Shown piece by piece: positions 25,520 through 38,719 of a stretch of DNA of 64,000 nucleotides. Below the pieces are notes generated by a model that saw only the letters and a list, made by a program, of their open reading frames with translations, had not been told where the DNA came from and made no database searches. Position 1 is the first letter of the stretch. Every line of letters begins with the position of its first letter. Origin of the DNA: Hypanus sabinus (Eukaryota). The stretch covers positions 13,392,001-13,456,000 of the forward strand of contig NC_082730.1 of NCBI RefSeq assembly GCF_030144855.1. The letters run 5' to 3'. A program made the position numbers and the translations under genes.

Positions 25520-28500
25520 TATTGGAATTGAATTGAATTTATTTCTTACATCCTTCATTTACACGAGGAGTAAAAATCTTTACGTTACATCTCTGTCTAA
25601 ATGTGCAATGTGATATTTATAGTAATTTGTAATAAATAGTATGTATAACATTACAGTCAATATAGCATAGAAATACAATTGTATTAGCATGAATTACCGT
25701 AAATTCCGGACTATAAGCCGCTACTTTTTTCCCACGCTTTGAACACTGCGGCAACACTGCGGCCTATACTACGGTACGGCTAATGCATGTCTTTTTTCAT
25801 GCCGCCAAAAACATTTTGCCTCGTAACAGTAGACCAATAAAATTGATGAGAGGTTCACAGAGGTCCAATGAAATTGTACGATAAATCAAGCGCACTTTCA
25901 CAATTAAATTATTGTAAATCAGTCATTTGTACTCACCCTCATCAACATGGAAAACACTCGAAGAAAAGCATATGATGCAGCTTTTAAGTTAAAGGCGATC
26001 AATCTGGCGGTTGAAGAAGGAAATCGAGCTGCTGCACATAATCTTGGCATAAATGAATCGATGGTGAGACGGTGGAGACGCCAGCGTGAAGAACTGAGTC
26101 AATGCAAAAAGACGACAAAAGCTTTCAGAGGTAATCAGAGCAGATGGCCCGAACTTGAAAACTTTCTTGAAGACTGGGTTAACACACAGAGAGCAGGCAG
26201 CCGCGGTGTTTCCACCGTGCAGATCAAACTGAAGGTTAAAGCAATCGCCACCAAAATGAAAATCGAAGTTTTTAGAGGTGTGCCATCGTGGTGTTTTAGA
26301 TTTATGAGACGAAAAGGCCTGTCCGTCAGGGTACGCACGACTCTGTGTCAGCAACTCCCTCCCGACACCACGAGGAAAAACTTGCTAACTTCCGCACATT
26401 CACTCAAACAAAGATAGCGGAGAATTCCATCGGGCCAGATGATATCATAAATATGGATGAAGTACCTTAGATGTTTGACCTGCCTCTCACTCGGACTGTT
26501 AATAAAAAAGGTGACTCGTCCATCACACTGAAAACAAGTGGCCATGAGAGAACGCATTTTACTTGTGTTCTGAGCTGCACATCATCCGGACTAAAGCTTC
26601 CACCGATGGTGATTTTTTAAGCGGCTGACAATGAAAGTTCAGTGAAAGCTGCCATCAAGAGTACAAACTCAATACCAGCTGTGATTCCTGGGGGCATCAC
26701 GAAGTATTTGCAGCCACTGGACATCAGCGTGAACCGGGCATTTAAAGTGGCGCTGCGTGTTGAGTGGGAGGCTTGGATGACGAGCAGCGAGAAATCCTTT
26801 ACCAAAACAGGACGCATGCGAAGAGCATCTTTAACTCAAGTCTGCCAGTGGATCCTAAATGCATGGAGCCGTGTCACAACATCCACCATCACCAGCGGGT
26901 TTCGAAAGGCTGGACTGCTGCGTGATGAAGAGGACCGCGTGCGCTCAAGTGAGAGTGACAATGAAGAGACTGAAGTGAGTGACGAGATCCTGAGGTTTTA
27001 TTCAATTCGGACACTGAAGGACTTTGATGGTTTTAGTGCGCAGGAGGAAGATGAAGGAGGTGATCAATAACTTTTCCTGGTAGGCTGCAGTATATATATA
27101 TTTTTTACCAGTCGTTAGGAGATAGTGGAATGTTGTTCGTGCACTGTTCAGTAAAAAAGTATACGCAACGTAATTTGTGTGTTACCGATACGTATGTATA
27201 TTTATAAGTAGCTGTGTTACAGGCACTGTTCGAAAAAAAGCATTTGCAATATGTATTTGTTTATGTTACCATACGGATTTAATTAAAAGTTAAAAAATCC
27301 TCACGTGTAATATCTTTCTGTGTAAATATCTCATATTACAACGTGGGACACCTGCGGCTTAAAATCCGGTGCGGCTTGTACAAGTACAAAATTGATTTTC
27401 TTTCTAAAATTAGAGCGTGCGGCTTTTAATCAGGTGCGCTCTGTAGTCCGGAATTTACGGTAGTCAGTCTGATGGCCTGGTGGAAGAAACTGTGACAGAG
27501 CTTGTTGGTCCTGGCTTTAATGCTGCGGTACCGTTTTCCCGATGGTAGGAGCTGGAACAGTTTGTGGTTGGCGTACTCAATGATCCTTTGGGCCCTTTTT
27601 ACTTTTGTAAAAGTCCTGAATAGTTAGATGTTTAGATCTACAGATGACCTGGGCTGTCTGTCCTACTCTCTGCAGAGTCCTGTGATTAATGCAGGTACAG
27701 TTCCCATACCAGGCAGTGGTGCAGCCAGTCAGGATGCTCTCAGCTGTACCCCTGTAGAAAGTCCTTAGGATTTGGGGACTCATGCCAAACTTCTTTAACT
27801 GTCTGAGGTGAATGAGGTGCTGTTGTGCTTTTTTCACCACACAGCCAGTATGTACAGACCAAGCGAGATCCACAGTGATGTGTATACTGAGGAACTTAAG
27901 GCTGTTCACCCTCTCAACCCCAAATCCATTGATGTCAGTAGGGGTTAGCTTGTCTCCATTCCACCTGTAGTCCACGACCAGCTCCTTTGTTTTTGTAACA
28001 CTGGGGGAGAGGTTGTTCTCTTGACACCACTGTGTCAGAGTGATGACTTCTTCTCTGTAGGCTGCCTCATTATTATTTGAGGTAAGGCCAATCAATGTAG
28101 TATCATCAGCAAATTTAATTGGCAGATTGGAGCTGTGCGTGGTGACTCAGTTATGAGTATACAGAGAGTAAAGGAGGCAGCTGAGGATACAGCCCTGAAG
28201 GGCTCCTGCGTTGAGGGTCAGAGGGATAGAGGTGACAGGAAGTCCAGGATCCAGTTGCGCAGGGCAGGGTTAAGGCTGAGGTTTCTGAGCTTCTTGTCCA
28301 GCCTGGAGGGAATTATGGTGTTGAATGCTGAACTGTAGTCCAAGAACAGCATTCTCACATAAACATCCTTCTTCTCCAGATGTGTAAGATGGTGTGTATA
28401 GCTGTGGATTTTGCATCATCCATCAATCGGATGTGTCGGTAGGTGAATTGCAGGGAGTCCAGTTTGGGTGGCAGCATGCTGCAGATGTGGTCCTGGACCA

Positions 28501-28750
28501 GCTGCTCAAAGCATTTGTTTATTATTGAGGTGAGTGTGACAGGACACTCGTCATTCAGACATGTTAGCTGGTCTTTTTAGGTACGGGAACAATGGTGGAT
28601 GTTTTGAAGCAGGTGGGGACTCCACACTGGAGAGGGGGAGATTAAACACACCTGTCAGTTGTGCTGTGCACACCCTAAATACCCACCCTGGGATGCTGTC
28701 GAATCTAGCAGCCCTGTGGCTCTCTGCTCATTTTCTTCTTCAAGTTTTTG
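25520..28750 (-). mobile_element. Rex1/Babar-like LINE interrupted by the pogo element
   Basis: ORF 27577..28095 (NNNEAAYREEV...WCQENNLS...KTKELVVDY). The sequence continues on both sides of the TA TSD, with a GAATT-repeat tail near 25525. Confidence 0.75.
25697..27460 (+). mobile_element. pogo/Tigger-type (POGK-like) DNA transposon, frameshifted and internally deleted
   Basis: 17-bp perfect TIR CCGTAAATTCCGGACTA and TA TSD. ORF 25947-26417 encodes Brinker-like and CENP-B-type HTH domains. NMDEV and QPLD DDE motifs lie in other frames, and the middle of the catalytic domain is missing. Confidence 0.92.
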
Positions 28751-28814
28751 CTAGAAATTGCAAACGTCAGCCCTCTGGCACTGCACTGTAATTCGAAGAT
28801 GACCCCATTGTCCC

Positions 28815-29486
28815 TGTGCTGTCTTTACGACAGTTATTTAGTTTATAATATTTTCGCTTAGTAATTCATTCAATAGTATTTTCAAGTTAGAATTAGAAGT
28901 GTTTAAAGTATATTCATTGCATGTAAAATATATCGGCATGTGATGACGTCACATCCGGTTTCGCCGCGTCTTGTGGGAAAACACCGGTTTGAAATTAGCG
29001 TGAGGGTGGGGGCTTTCCACGAGGCACACCTGAGCAGAAGTTGTTTTGCAGGCATGAGAAATCACAGTGAGAGCAACGCTGTAAGTTAATAGATAATCGA
29101 TATATTGAACTAAGATGTTAATGCCGATCCTGTTAGAAGTAACGACGGTAGATAATGTTTATGCTTTCGTTAGTTAAAGAGTCGCGGATAGTTTGCATGG
29201 AAGTGTATTTAAAGTAGTCAATGGAGCAGGTAAACTCTCCCTGTATACTGCACCTTAGTGTAATGTAGTTATAGTCACCTTTGCAAGTATTTACACTTGA
29301 AATGTGATATTAAGGAAGGAACAAATACTGTATCAATCTTGTATTGTTTTATCAACAGTTTTCACCATATGTTAATGTGAAGAGTGAACAGTAAATGGTT
29401 AATCTTGCTGCGATCTGGTTCTTATTAACTGTGGTTTATCTCGACGTTAAATTCGGCGTTCGTGACACGCGAAGGAGAACGTTACA
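28815..29486. mobile_element. Solo LTR
   Basis: 672 bp with TGT...ACA termini, flanked by a 5-bp direct repeat GTCCC (28810-28814, 29487-29491). No internal ORFs. Confidence 0.7.
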
Positions 29487-29659
29487 GTCCCTATTCACTA
29501 CTTCTTACCTGTTGATCATTTCCCTCTCCATGCCAATACAAATATTAAATATCTTTATAAAGATTAACTTTATTTGTTACAAATTTGTTACAAAAGATTG
29601 AAATATAGTGAAATATGTTGTTTGCATCAGCAACCAACACAACCCAAGGATGTGATGGG

Positions 29660-29850
29660 GGTGGCCTGCAGGTGTTACCGTGTTTCCAGGGCCCACAATT
29701 CACCAACCCTAACACACATGTATTTTGCAAGTGAGATGAAACTGGAACAATCACAGGGAGAATGTACTAATGCCTTACAGACAGCGGTGGGAATCGAACC
29801 CGGGTTTCTGGTGTTGTAATAGCGTTAAGCTAACTGCGACACAACCCACT
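29660..29850 (-). mobile_element. tRNA-derived V-SINE (HE1-like)
   Basis: B-box GGTTCGATTCC (29790-29800) followed by a decayed V-domain-like segment. Confidence 0.65.
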
Positions 29851-30378
29851 AATTCAGCACCCACCTCCTTTAGTATCCTAGGATGCAAATCATCTGGGCC
29901 AGGGAAATGATCAGTCTTTGCCACCTCTTCTCATCACCTGCCTATCAGCCCCTGGATCTCCTCTCCTTCAATTTTTCCCATGATCCTCATGATGCACTGT
30001 CCTCTCCGGTCAGTCTCCTTGTTTTCCAGCCCGCTCTCATTCTACTTGTCCTACTTCACCCCACCTGCCCCCCCAACCACTCAACTGTCTTAACCTATCA
30101 TGCTCTAGCTTGCTGTCCTTTCATACACTCCGCCCCCACCTTCTTATTCTGGTAACTTCTCCATTCCTCTCTAGTCCTTTTGAAAGATCTTGGCCCAAGA
30201 TGTCGACTGTTTATTCATTTGCATTGATGCTGCTTGACCTGCTGAGTTCCTCTAACATTTTGTGTGAGTTTCACTGTATGACTGGTAAAGTTGCATTTTC
30301 CTCTGACATTTACTGTGAGTTGTTCTCTGAATACTGTAATGCTGAGGTAAAGCTGAATTGTCCCATGAAATGACTAAC

Positions 30379-30499
30379 CTCATCGGATGTGAGGAAACTG
30401 AAGTCTCAGTGGATTCTGCTTTCTTGGTGGACATCCAGTTCCGAGGTGAAGTAGTCCACATGATTTCAGTGGAAATTTCCAAGGTTGTTGCCTCCTTTT
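30379..30499 (-). CDS. Gene B exon 4: Ser/Thr-rich stalk
   Basis: 121-nt phase 1-2 exon with acceptor CTTTAGCTCCAG| and donor GAG|GTTAGT. Encodes (E)KEATTLEISTEIMWTTSPRNWMSTKKAESTETSVSSHPM(R). It exactly bridges the phases of V2 and the TM exon. Confidence 0.8.
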
Positions 30500-30879
30500 C
30501 TGGAGCTAAAGTGGATCAAATATCTGATCATTGAATGTCTCAAAACAAGTACTATTTCCATTATGTGTCAGCAGTGCCCCAGTGGGAAGTCTCTGGCAAT
30601 GTGCGGGGAGATTCTTGGTTCAAGACCCACACCAGGGTTTTGAGTGATACTCTTTAGGCTGGTGATCCTGCTGAAGCCATCTTCAAATGGCTAAACCCCA
30701 TGAGTTGGGCATCAAGGAGAAAGGGTAAATTTTATTTGCTATTTACATTTGCACGAGTTTGGAATTTGCTGTGGTGGGTGTTGATGCAACATGCAACAAA
30801 GAAAGAACACTTAACAATCAGAATAAATAAAGAATTTTATATTTCTTTGTACTTTTGAGGATAAAGGTTGGAGATAAGG

Positions 30880-31481
30880 GGAAATCTGGCCTGAAATATC
30901 TGTACAGTTCTTTGAGGAAATAAGAACAGGATACACAAAGGAGAGTCAGTGGATGTTGTTTGCTTGGATTTTCAGAAGGCCTTTGACAAGGAACCACACA
31001 TGAGGTTGATAACAAGTTAAATGCCTATGGTATTAGAGGAAAGATACCAGAATAAATAGAATATTGGCTGACAGGCAGAGGGCAAGAGTGGGAATAAAGG
31101 AGGACTTTTCTGGTAAGCTGCTGGTGACTAGTGGTGTTCCACAGGGTTTGGTTTTGGGTCCACTTCTTTTCACATTGTATGCCAATGATTTGGATGATGG
31201 AATTGATCACTTTGTGGCCAGATTTACAGACAGTTTAAAGATTAGTGAAAAGACAGGTAATTTTAAGGAGGTGGGGAGCCTGCTCAAGGTTTTAGACAGA
31301 TAAAGGCATAGACTATTTTTTAAATGAGGTGAAAATTTGAAAATGAGAGGTACAATGTGACTTGGGATTCTTTTATCAGAATTCCTTTAAGGTTAACTTA
31401 TAGTTTGAGTAAATGGTATAGAAGATAAATGTTATGTTAGTATTCATATTGAGAGGACAAGAATATAAAAGCAACGATGTA
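30880..31481 (+). mobile_element. CR1 RT fragment
   Basis: SGVPQGLVLGPLLFTLYANDLDDG motif. The part from 31167 recurs at 36556-36870. Confidence 0.8.
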
Positions 31482-33225
31482 CAGACCATAAATCATTGGT
31501 CTCCTTTCTGTCCAAACCACTGAGCGACTGTCTCGTGAGGATACAGCACGTGTTGAGAAGGCTGCAGAAATATGATGTGAAGATGATCTACACTGTGGGA
31601 AAATCAAGTTTGCTGCTGATGCGCTGTCTTGTGCAATTTATGAGAAAGAGCAGATTGGTGAAGAGGGTAATACAGATATACAGGTCTTTGTTGACATGAT
31701 TGTCACCTCCCTTCCAATATCTCTGAAAAGAACAGAGCAGATTAGGAAAGCAGCAGTGTCAGATGAAACAATGAGAGAACTCAAAGATATGATATGGAAA
31801 GCATTGACAGCAGCTAAGAATGACTGTCCAATGGGTATTCAGGATTCACGGGCATCCAGAGCTGAACTGTTAGTAGTGAAAGGTATGGTCTTCAAATAGA
31901 GCAATTTTGCTTCTTCAAAGGGAATTCTCCAAAAGATGCACAACAGGCATTTGGTGAGGGAATTTGTAAACGTAGAGGTTGTGTCGTGATATACTGGTCA
32001 AGAAAGAACTGAGACATCAACCAGACCAATGCTTCATGTGAACTAGGCCTTATCTACAGATAAGAAATTAGCAAGCAGAACTGCTTCCACCAACACCCCG
32101 ACCCAGATAGCTAGTACTTCAATGTTGGAGTGGATTTGTTTGATTGTAATGGGAAGAATCACATTGTTGTAACAAACTAATTTTCCAATTACCCAGATAT
32201 CGCAACACTGCAATCAACATCCAGCAAAGCAGTCATCACCTTCCTGAAAGCAGTGTTTGCAAGGCAGGGAGTTCCACGTGATGTAGTATCAGACAGGGGA
32301 CCACAATTGGAGCTGTGAATTTCAGTTCTTTGCCAATGAATGAGGGTTTTGACATATAACATCAGTTAAAATCTAGCAGAGAGTTTAGTCAAGGTAGTGA
32401 AGGGCCTCATGAGGAAAGTGCAAGATGGATGAGAGGATTTCCACAAAAGTCCAGTGATTTACAGTGTGCCACTGCAGAATGGCCTTTCACCAGCCCGAGT
32501 GCTGATGGGTTGATGCACATGCATAACCTTCCAGTGCATGAAGTCCTGTTGACATCTAAATGAGCACACAAGGTCACACTGGCTAAAGCAAAAAGGATAG
32601 AAAAACAGAAAGAGTATCATGACAAGATTGCGAGAAGACTACCAGTCCCAAAGCCTGGAGGTCATGTGAATTCGAGATCACGATTTTGTCACATAGTCCA
32701 TGCAAAGAGGATGTAGATCCACATTCCTATCACATCCAGATGGAGCAAAACATCCCCGATGAGGAATCATGATTATGTATGGCCACAAGTTTAAACCCAT
32801 AGCTGTCTCCTGTCAGTACACCAAAGCGGTCAGCATATGTAAAAAATGAACTTGTTGAGCAGAGTTCTCAGAAAGACACAAGTATTAACATAACAAATAC
32901 AAGCCATACTCCTGTGGAAGTGAATAGCAGACCAAAAAGGACCATTAAACAATCTCAAGAGACTGAATGTAAGTTGAGGAATAGATAAGGGATTGTAGCT
33001 GCTCATTATAATTGAAGTTGAAATGTTCAACAGTTGAGAATTTGAATAAAAAAGGGAAAAGTGACTGGCTACAGAATGTAGATATCTTTGTTGAAATGAA
33101 TCATTCTTCCTTGCAGGTTTACGAGAACGTAGAATTGTATTTGTTTTTCTTTCAAGAAGGACGATGTGTTATGATGTGTGCATATTAAATAACTTCAGTT
33201 CCCAGTGGGCAATGTGAGGGTTCAC
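31482..33225 (+). mobile_element. Degenerate Gypsy remnant (V2-unit copy, 5'-truncated)
   Basis: Collinear with about 2146-3850. Confidence 0.8.
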
Positions 33226-34453
33226 CCGGTACCAGAAGCTACGATGGTGACCTGGTTGCACAGGTCAAGGGTTAAGCAGCAGTTCAGTAATAAAATGTTC
33301 TCACATTTTATTGATCATGAACATACCTCAGTAGCCTCTTTATTAGGTAAAGGCAATACGTAATAAAATTGGCACCGAGTGTAATTTCTGGAATCTTTCT
33401 AAATAGTGATCTGACAAAGTTCCTTTTATTTTGGGGAATTTATTTCTGGTGAAAGTCCATGATCAACCTTTCTGTTATCATCAGTTATGAGGAAAGTAGT
33501 GATTTCTCTGGCGCTCTCCAGATGAGCTTTTGTGTGCCTGGTCAAAGAATGTTCCTGGGAGTGTCCCAGTTACCTGAAAATCCCCTCAGCAGCTGAGGCT
33601 ACATTTCCCCCCTCCATCCCCTACTGGGACATCTCCCACACCGAAGCTGGGCTCTTGCTGTTGGTCACACTGGGTCAGCATTTCAGTGTTGAACCAAGGG
33701 GATGGAATGAAAGCAGAAGGATCCTGAGCCTAATCTGTCCACTTCTGGGACTACAGGGAAAAGGCAAGGCCTCCAACTCCCACTGCTGGGAAACTGGAGC
33801 ATCAGAGATGGGAGAGTGGGAATAGGGTTTGTGGGGATGGAAAGAGAAGGAAGAACGCTGAGGAAGGGGAAAGTGATCAGTGTGGAGGGGGAGAGAAAGG
33901 GAGGGTAAAGGTGAAGAGTGGATATAAAATACCCTGGTAATTTCCCACAGGGATGTGAAAATAATGTTTGAGATTTCATCTCTTTAATAATTGAGACAGA
34001 GATAATGTAAACTGTTAACTGTTCAGCAAAGGATTCCCACTTCTTGTCAGTTGTATTTTGTTCAGATTGCCAGAAATCCCAACCATACTTTTAGTGCAGT
34101 TGTAATGACCAGTTTGTAGGAAGGACAGGGAGCAGGGTGGAGAGGCTGCAAGGGAGATTCACCGGGATGTTGCTTTGTATGCAACAATAAATTATGTGGA
34201 AAGACTAGAGAGACTGGGTTGTTCTGTTTTGGGAGATGAAGACTGAAAGGGGACTGACTGATATCTGCCAAACTATATGGGGAATAGATGGAATTGTTTG
34301 TGGTAAACTTCTGCTCACAGTGTATGTAACCAGGGAGTGAAGTTTGAGGTAAGGAATAAAAGTCTTAGAGGGCATATAAAGAATATTTTTACTTCACCCA
34401 GAAGTGAGGGAAGAAATTCCAAGTCTGGAAGAGTGAAAAAAAAATTAACGTAC

Positions 34454-34765
34454 CTTCCGAAACCTCCAGTGAAATGGTAAACCTTTTGTTTGGTTTGTAG
34501 AACGCCCTTACTATCGTACACTGGTACCACCCTTCATCACTCTTCATTAGATTGTTCATGGTTACTGAGAATATCCCTTGTGTTTTCTTATCAGTAATTG
34601 ATACTCTTCCCTGTTGTGGCTCCTCAGTCGAAACCAGAGCATCACAAAGAAAGAACCATTTCTTGCACCATTTCTTCACGTTGTCCCTGTATTCATGCTC
34701 ATACTGACATTCCACAGTGACGGATTGTCCCACTACTCCTCTGACCTTCTCAGGTCCGGTTAAGC
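34454..34765 (-). CDS. Gene B exon 3: second Ig V-type domain (V2)
   Basis: 312-nt phase 1-1 exon with acceptor TTCACAG| and donor |GTACGT. Encodes (G)LTGPEKVRGVVGQSVTVECQY...KKWCKKWFFLC...DEGWYQC...VSE with all four Cys intact. Confidence 0.88.
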
Positions 34766-36555
34766 CTGTGAACAGATTAATAATAAAAGGTCATTCAGAC
34801 ATCACCAGTACAAAGTGCAGTTAGTAATATAACCTCATCATTTCAGTTGTTCAGAAAATTCCAAGATTTTGCAGAGATCATATTCCACTTTAATCTTTTA
34901 TCCCTGATGTTAATTCTTATTTCACTGATATTGTTCCTGAAGTTACAGTGAAAGTGGAATTGCTCTGTTAGGCATTTCCAAATTGTGTGTGTGCTGTTTC
35001 TTCTTTTGGTGTGTTGGTTCAATCTGTGCAGATTGGAAGTATAATCTCTACCTTGCTGACAATCAACACTGGCTCTCCTCATCGATGTGTGTTTAGCCCA
35101 CTTCTCTACTCCCAGACACACACGTCTCGTGACAGCTCAAATGTCATCCAGAAATTTGCTGATGATACAGCCATTGTTGGGAGAATTTCAGATGGTGACG
35201 AGAGGGCAAACAGGAGTGGGATACACTAGCTAGTTGAGTGGTGTCACAGAAACAACCTTGTGCTCATCGTATTTAAGACCAAAGAACTGATTGTGGACTT
35301 TCGAAAAGGTAAGATGAGGGAACACATGTTAATCCTCAGGGAAGGATCAGAAGTGGAGAGCGTGAGAAACTTCAAGTTCCTGGGTGTTCATATGTTTGAG
35401 GATCTAACCTGTTTCCAACATATCGATGCAGCTAAGAAAAGGGCAAGACAGAGGCTATATTGCACTTGCAATTTGAGGAGATTTGGTGTGTTACCTACAA
35501 TCCACAGACATTTCTATAGATGTACCATGAAAAGCAATCTGATTGGCTGCATCACCATCTAGTATCAGTAACAACTTCTGCCCATCTGCTCTCTGATTTC
35601 TGAACAGAGATTGAGCTCATAAACCCCACATTGCTTCTTCTTTTTCTATTTTTGCAACTTATGTAATAAAACAAATTGTATCTGTTATATATTTTTACAA
35701 CTCTTCAGCTTACTTTGATCCTGTTTAGTAGCTCGCCAGCCTGCCCCCATACCAGACGGTGATACAAACAGTCAGTATATATCTACACACAGTACCTACT
35801 GTAATTCAGTTTTTCCCTATATTATCATGTATGGTGTTGTACAGCTGGTGCAAAGTTAACAAATTTCATGAAATATGTTGGTGATATTAAACCTGATTCT
35901 AATTCTGATTCTTGTTGAGAACAGGTTGTGATTTCTGGGAAAATGATCCCTGCTGTGTTTCAGCGAAAGACTCACCGCCTTCACAGGGCAACCAGAGATA
36001 GAGAGTAAATTCTGCCCTTGTAATGATACCCAGATCTCAATGAAATTATTAGGGGATCATCCAGTGTGACTTTTTGGGTGAAACTCAGAGGAAGAACTGG
36101 GTGAATACTTTATTTGGATTATACCAGAGGCCGTCTAATAATAAACCCAGATTAGTGGAACAAATTCTTCAAGGTGGTTGCAGAAAGTTGCATGAATATT
36201 AGGTTTGCAACAGTAAATGATTTAACTTTTTAAATAAAGAGTGAATCTGCTTTAGTGCTAAGGAAATTGATGGGATTGTATTTATTAATTGCTTTCAGAA
36301 ATGTTCTCTCAAGCAATATATATAAGGCTCTGCTACAGAGAGGGAAAAGCCCAATGTATTCTTAGGAAATGGGCTTGACAAATTGGAGCATGGCCAAATT
36401 TGATGGTATTAGATAGAAACCTGCCGAACTTGATTGTAATAATTTGTTTGTGGACAAGGTGGCAACTGACAAATGGGAATTTTGTAAAAGTGAGATAATC
36501 CATATTCCCTTTGGAGTATTGTCAAGGCTGGCAGGAATAAAGAATTCTTAATCAT

Positions 36556-37230
36556 TTTCACATTATCAGCCAATGATTTGGATGATGGAATTGATTGCTT
36601 TGTGGTTGATTTACAGACGATTTAAAGATAGGTGAAAAGACAGGTAATTTTAAGTAGGCGGGCAGCCTGCACAAGCTTTTAGACAGATAAAGGCATAGAC
36701 TATTTTCTAAATGAGGTGAAAATTCAAAAATGAGAGGTACAAAGGGACCTTGGGATTCCTCTTCCAGAATTCCTTAAAGGTTAACTTGTAGTTTGAGTCA
36801 ATGGTATGGAAGGTGAATGTTATGTTAGTGTTCATATTCAGAAGACAAGAATATAAAAACAGCGATATAAAGCCGAGCCTTCATAAGGCCATTGGTCACA
36901 GAGTATTGTGAGCAGTTTTAGGCCTCTTCTCGAAGAAAAGATGTGTTGGCATTGGAGAGGAACACAAGAATCATTCTGTGGATGAAAACATTAACATTTA
37001 TGTTGCATTTGATTGCTCTGGGCTGATACTTGCTGATGTTTGGAAGAATGATGTGGGGGGATCTCACTGAAACCAATGGAATATTGAAAAAAACTCTGGA
37101 GTTCATTGCAACAGATACCTGTGGAAGCCAGGTCATGGGGTATATTTAAAGTGGGAGTTTGCAAGTTCTTGGTTAATCTGGATTGTCAAAGGTTACAGGG
37201 AGAAGACAGGAGAATGGGGTTGAGAGAGAT
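36556..37230 (+). mobile_element. CR1 RT and 3' fragment (its end is repeated at 1-130)
   Basis: Collinear with 31167-31481, then continues into CR1 3' sequence. Confidence 0.7.
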
Positions 37231-38719
37231 AATAGACAGTAATAATGGAATGGTGGAACAAAAGGGATGAGTTTCCTTCTCACTCTTACACACATTATTA
37301 AACTTCTTTCAATACTTTCAGAATTCCACAAGCTGAGTTGTTAGGGTGAAGGGCATTCGTTCTGAGCTGAAGAAAATGTTCGTATTGGGGAGGGGTACGA
37401 TGACATGACCAACATTGGTACTGTAGACATAGGTAGAGCTACGATGGAGTTTCTGATGAAGGATTATGAGAGGCTTGGGGGAAACTGTATGATTACAGAA
37501 TCAACAGGACTGAGTACTCATTCATCCAGAATATTCCAAAAGAAATGGGCATAAAGGAAAGGCGATAGTTTATTTGTTATTAATCAGGAAAGTTGCCAGA
37601 GTGGTGTTGCGCTGTTAGGGTTGAGTCTGTGGGTTGTAACGTAGAATCAGAATGGTTAAAATCACAAAGTGCATGGCTAAGGTAAGAGTTGTCTACACAC
37701 TGCCAAAATTTCACCCTATATTAGTGCAGAGCATAAATGTGGAAATCACTAAGGCATGTTTGAAGGGAGCTGCAATTGTCACTGGAAAGTTCAGTGGGAA
37801 TTGGAATTGTTTGATTATTGTCACATATACGAAGATCCAGTGGAAAACTTTTGTTTGAACTCCCTCCAGACAGATCATTATCAACATCAGTATGTCAAGG
37901 CAGTAAAGGGAAAACAGAATGCAGAATGTAATATGCAGGTACAGAGAAATGCAAGGGATACATGAGGTAGATTGGAAGATCTGAGGTTCAACTTTGAGTG
38001 TATGAAAGGTCTGCTCAGGATCTGTTTACAGTGGGTACAGAAGGTGTCCTCGAGCCTGGTGGTACATGCTCTAAAACATTTGTTTCCCTCTCATAGACGG
38101 GAGGAGGGAGAAGAGCAAATTATCTGGGTGAAAGGGGTCCTTGATTTTTGATGGATGCTTTCCTGAACCATAGATAAGAGAGACCAAAGAAGGGAGACTG
38201 GTTTAGCTGATGGATTGAGTTATGTTCACAGCTCTTGTGGTCTTTGGAAGAGCAGTTGCTATAAAAATAGTGATTCATCCAGATCGGATGCCTTCTGTGG
38301 TGCATCTAATAAAATTGGCGTTGGTCATTGGGAGATGCCAAATTTTCTTAAGCTACTGATGAAGTTGCGGTGTCAGTGTCCTTTCTTGGGTATAGCATCT
38401 GTATGGCTGGGTCAGGACAAATTCTTAGTGATACTTACGGCTGTGACTTTGAAGTTCTCAACCATCTCCAACTCTGCATTAATGATGCATACACAAGCAC
38501 ATGCTGCAACCTACTTTTTTAATGTCAATGACCAGCTCCTTCGTATTGATTACAAGCAAGAGTATCAAAGAGAAAAAAATTGTAGAGTACATGAGGACTT
38601 AATTTTCAGAGCAATATGTTATGGAGCTTACCCAGGAACTAGCTCATGTGAGCAAGTTTTTGCTGGGAAATACACTCAGTGGCCACTTTATTAGGTACTC
38701 TACGTATCATTATGTTAGA

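Noticed and set aside
33190-34060. Possible extra exon between V2 and the stalk exon
   Set aside because: No convincing acceptor-donor pair with an open frame. V2 already joins the stalk exon in phase.
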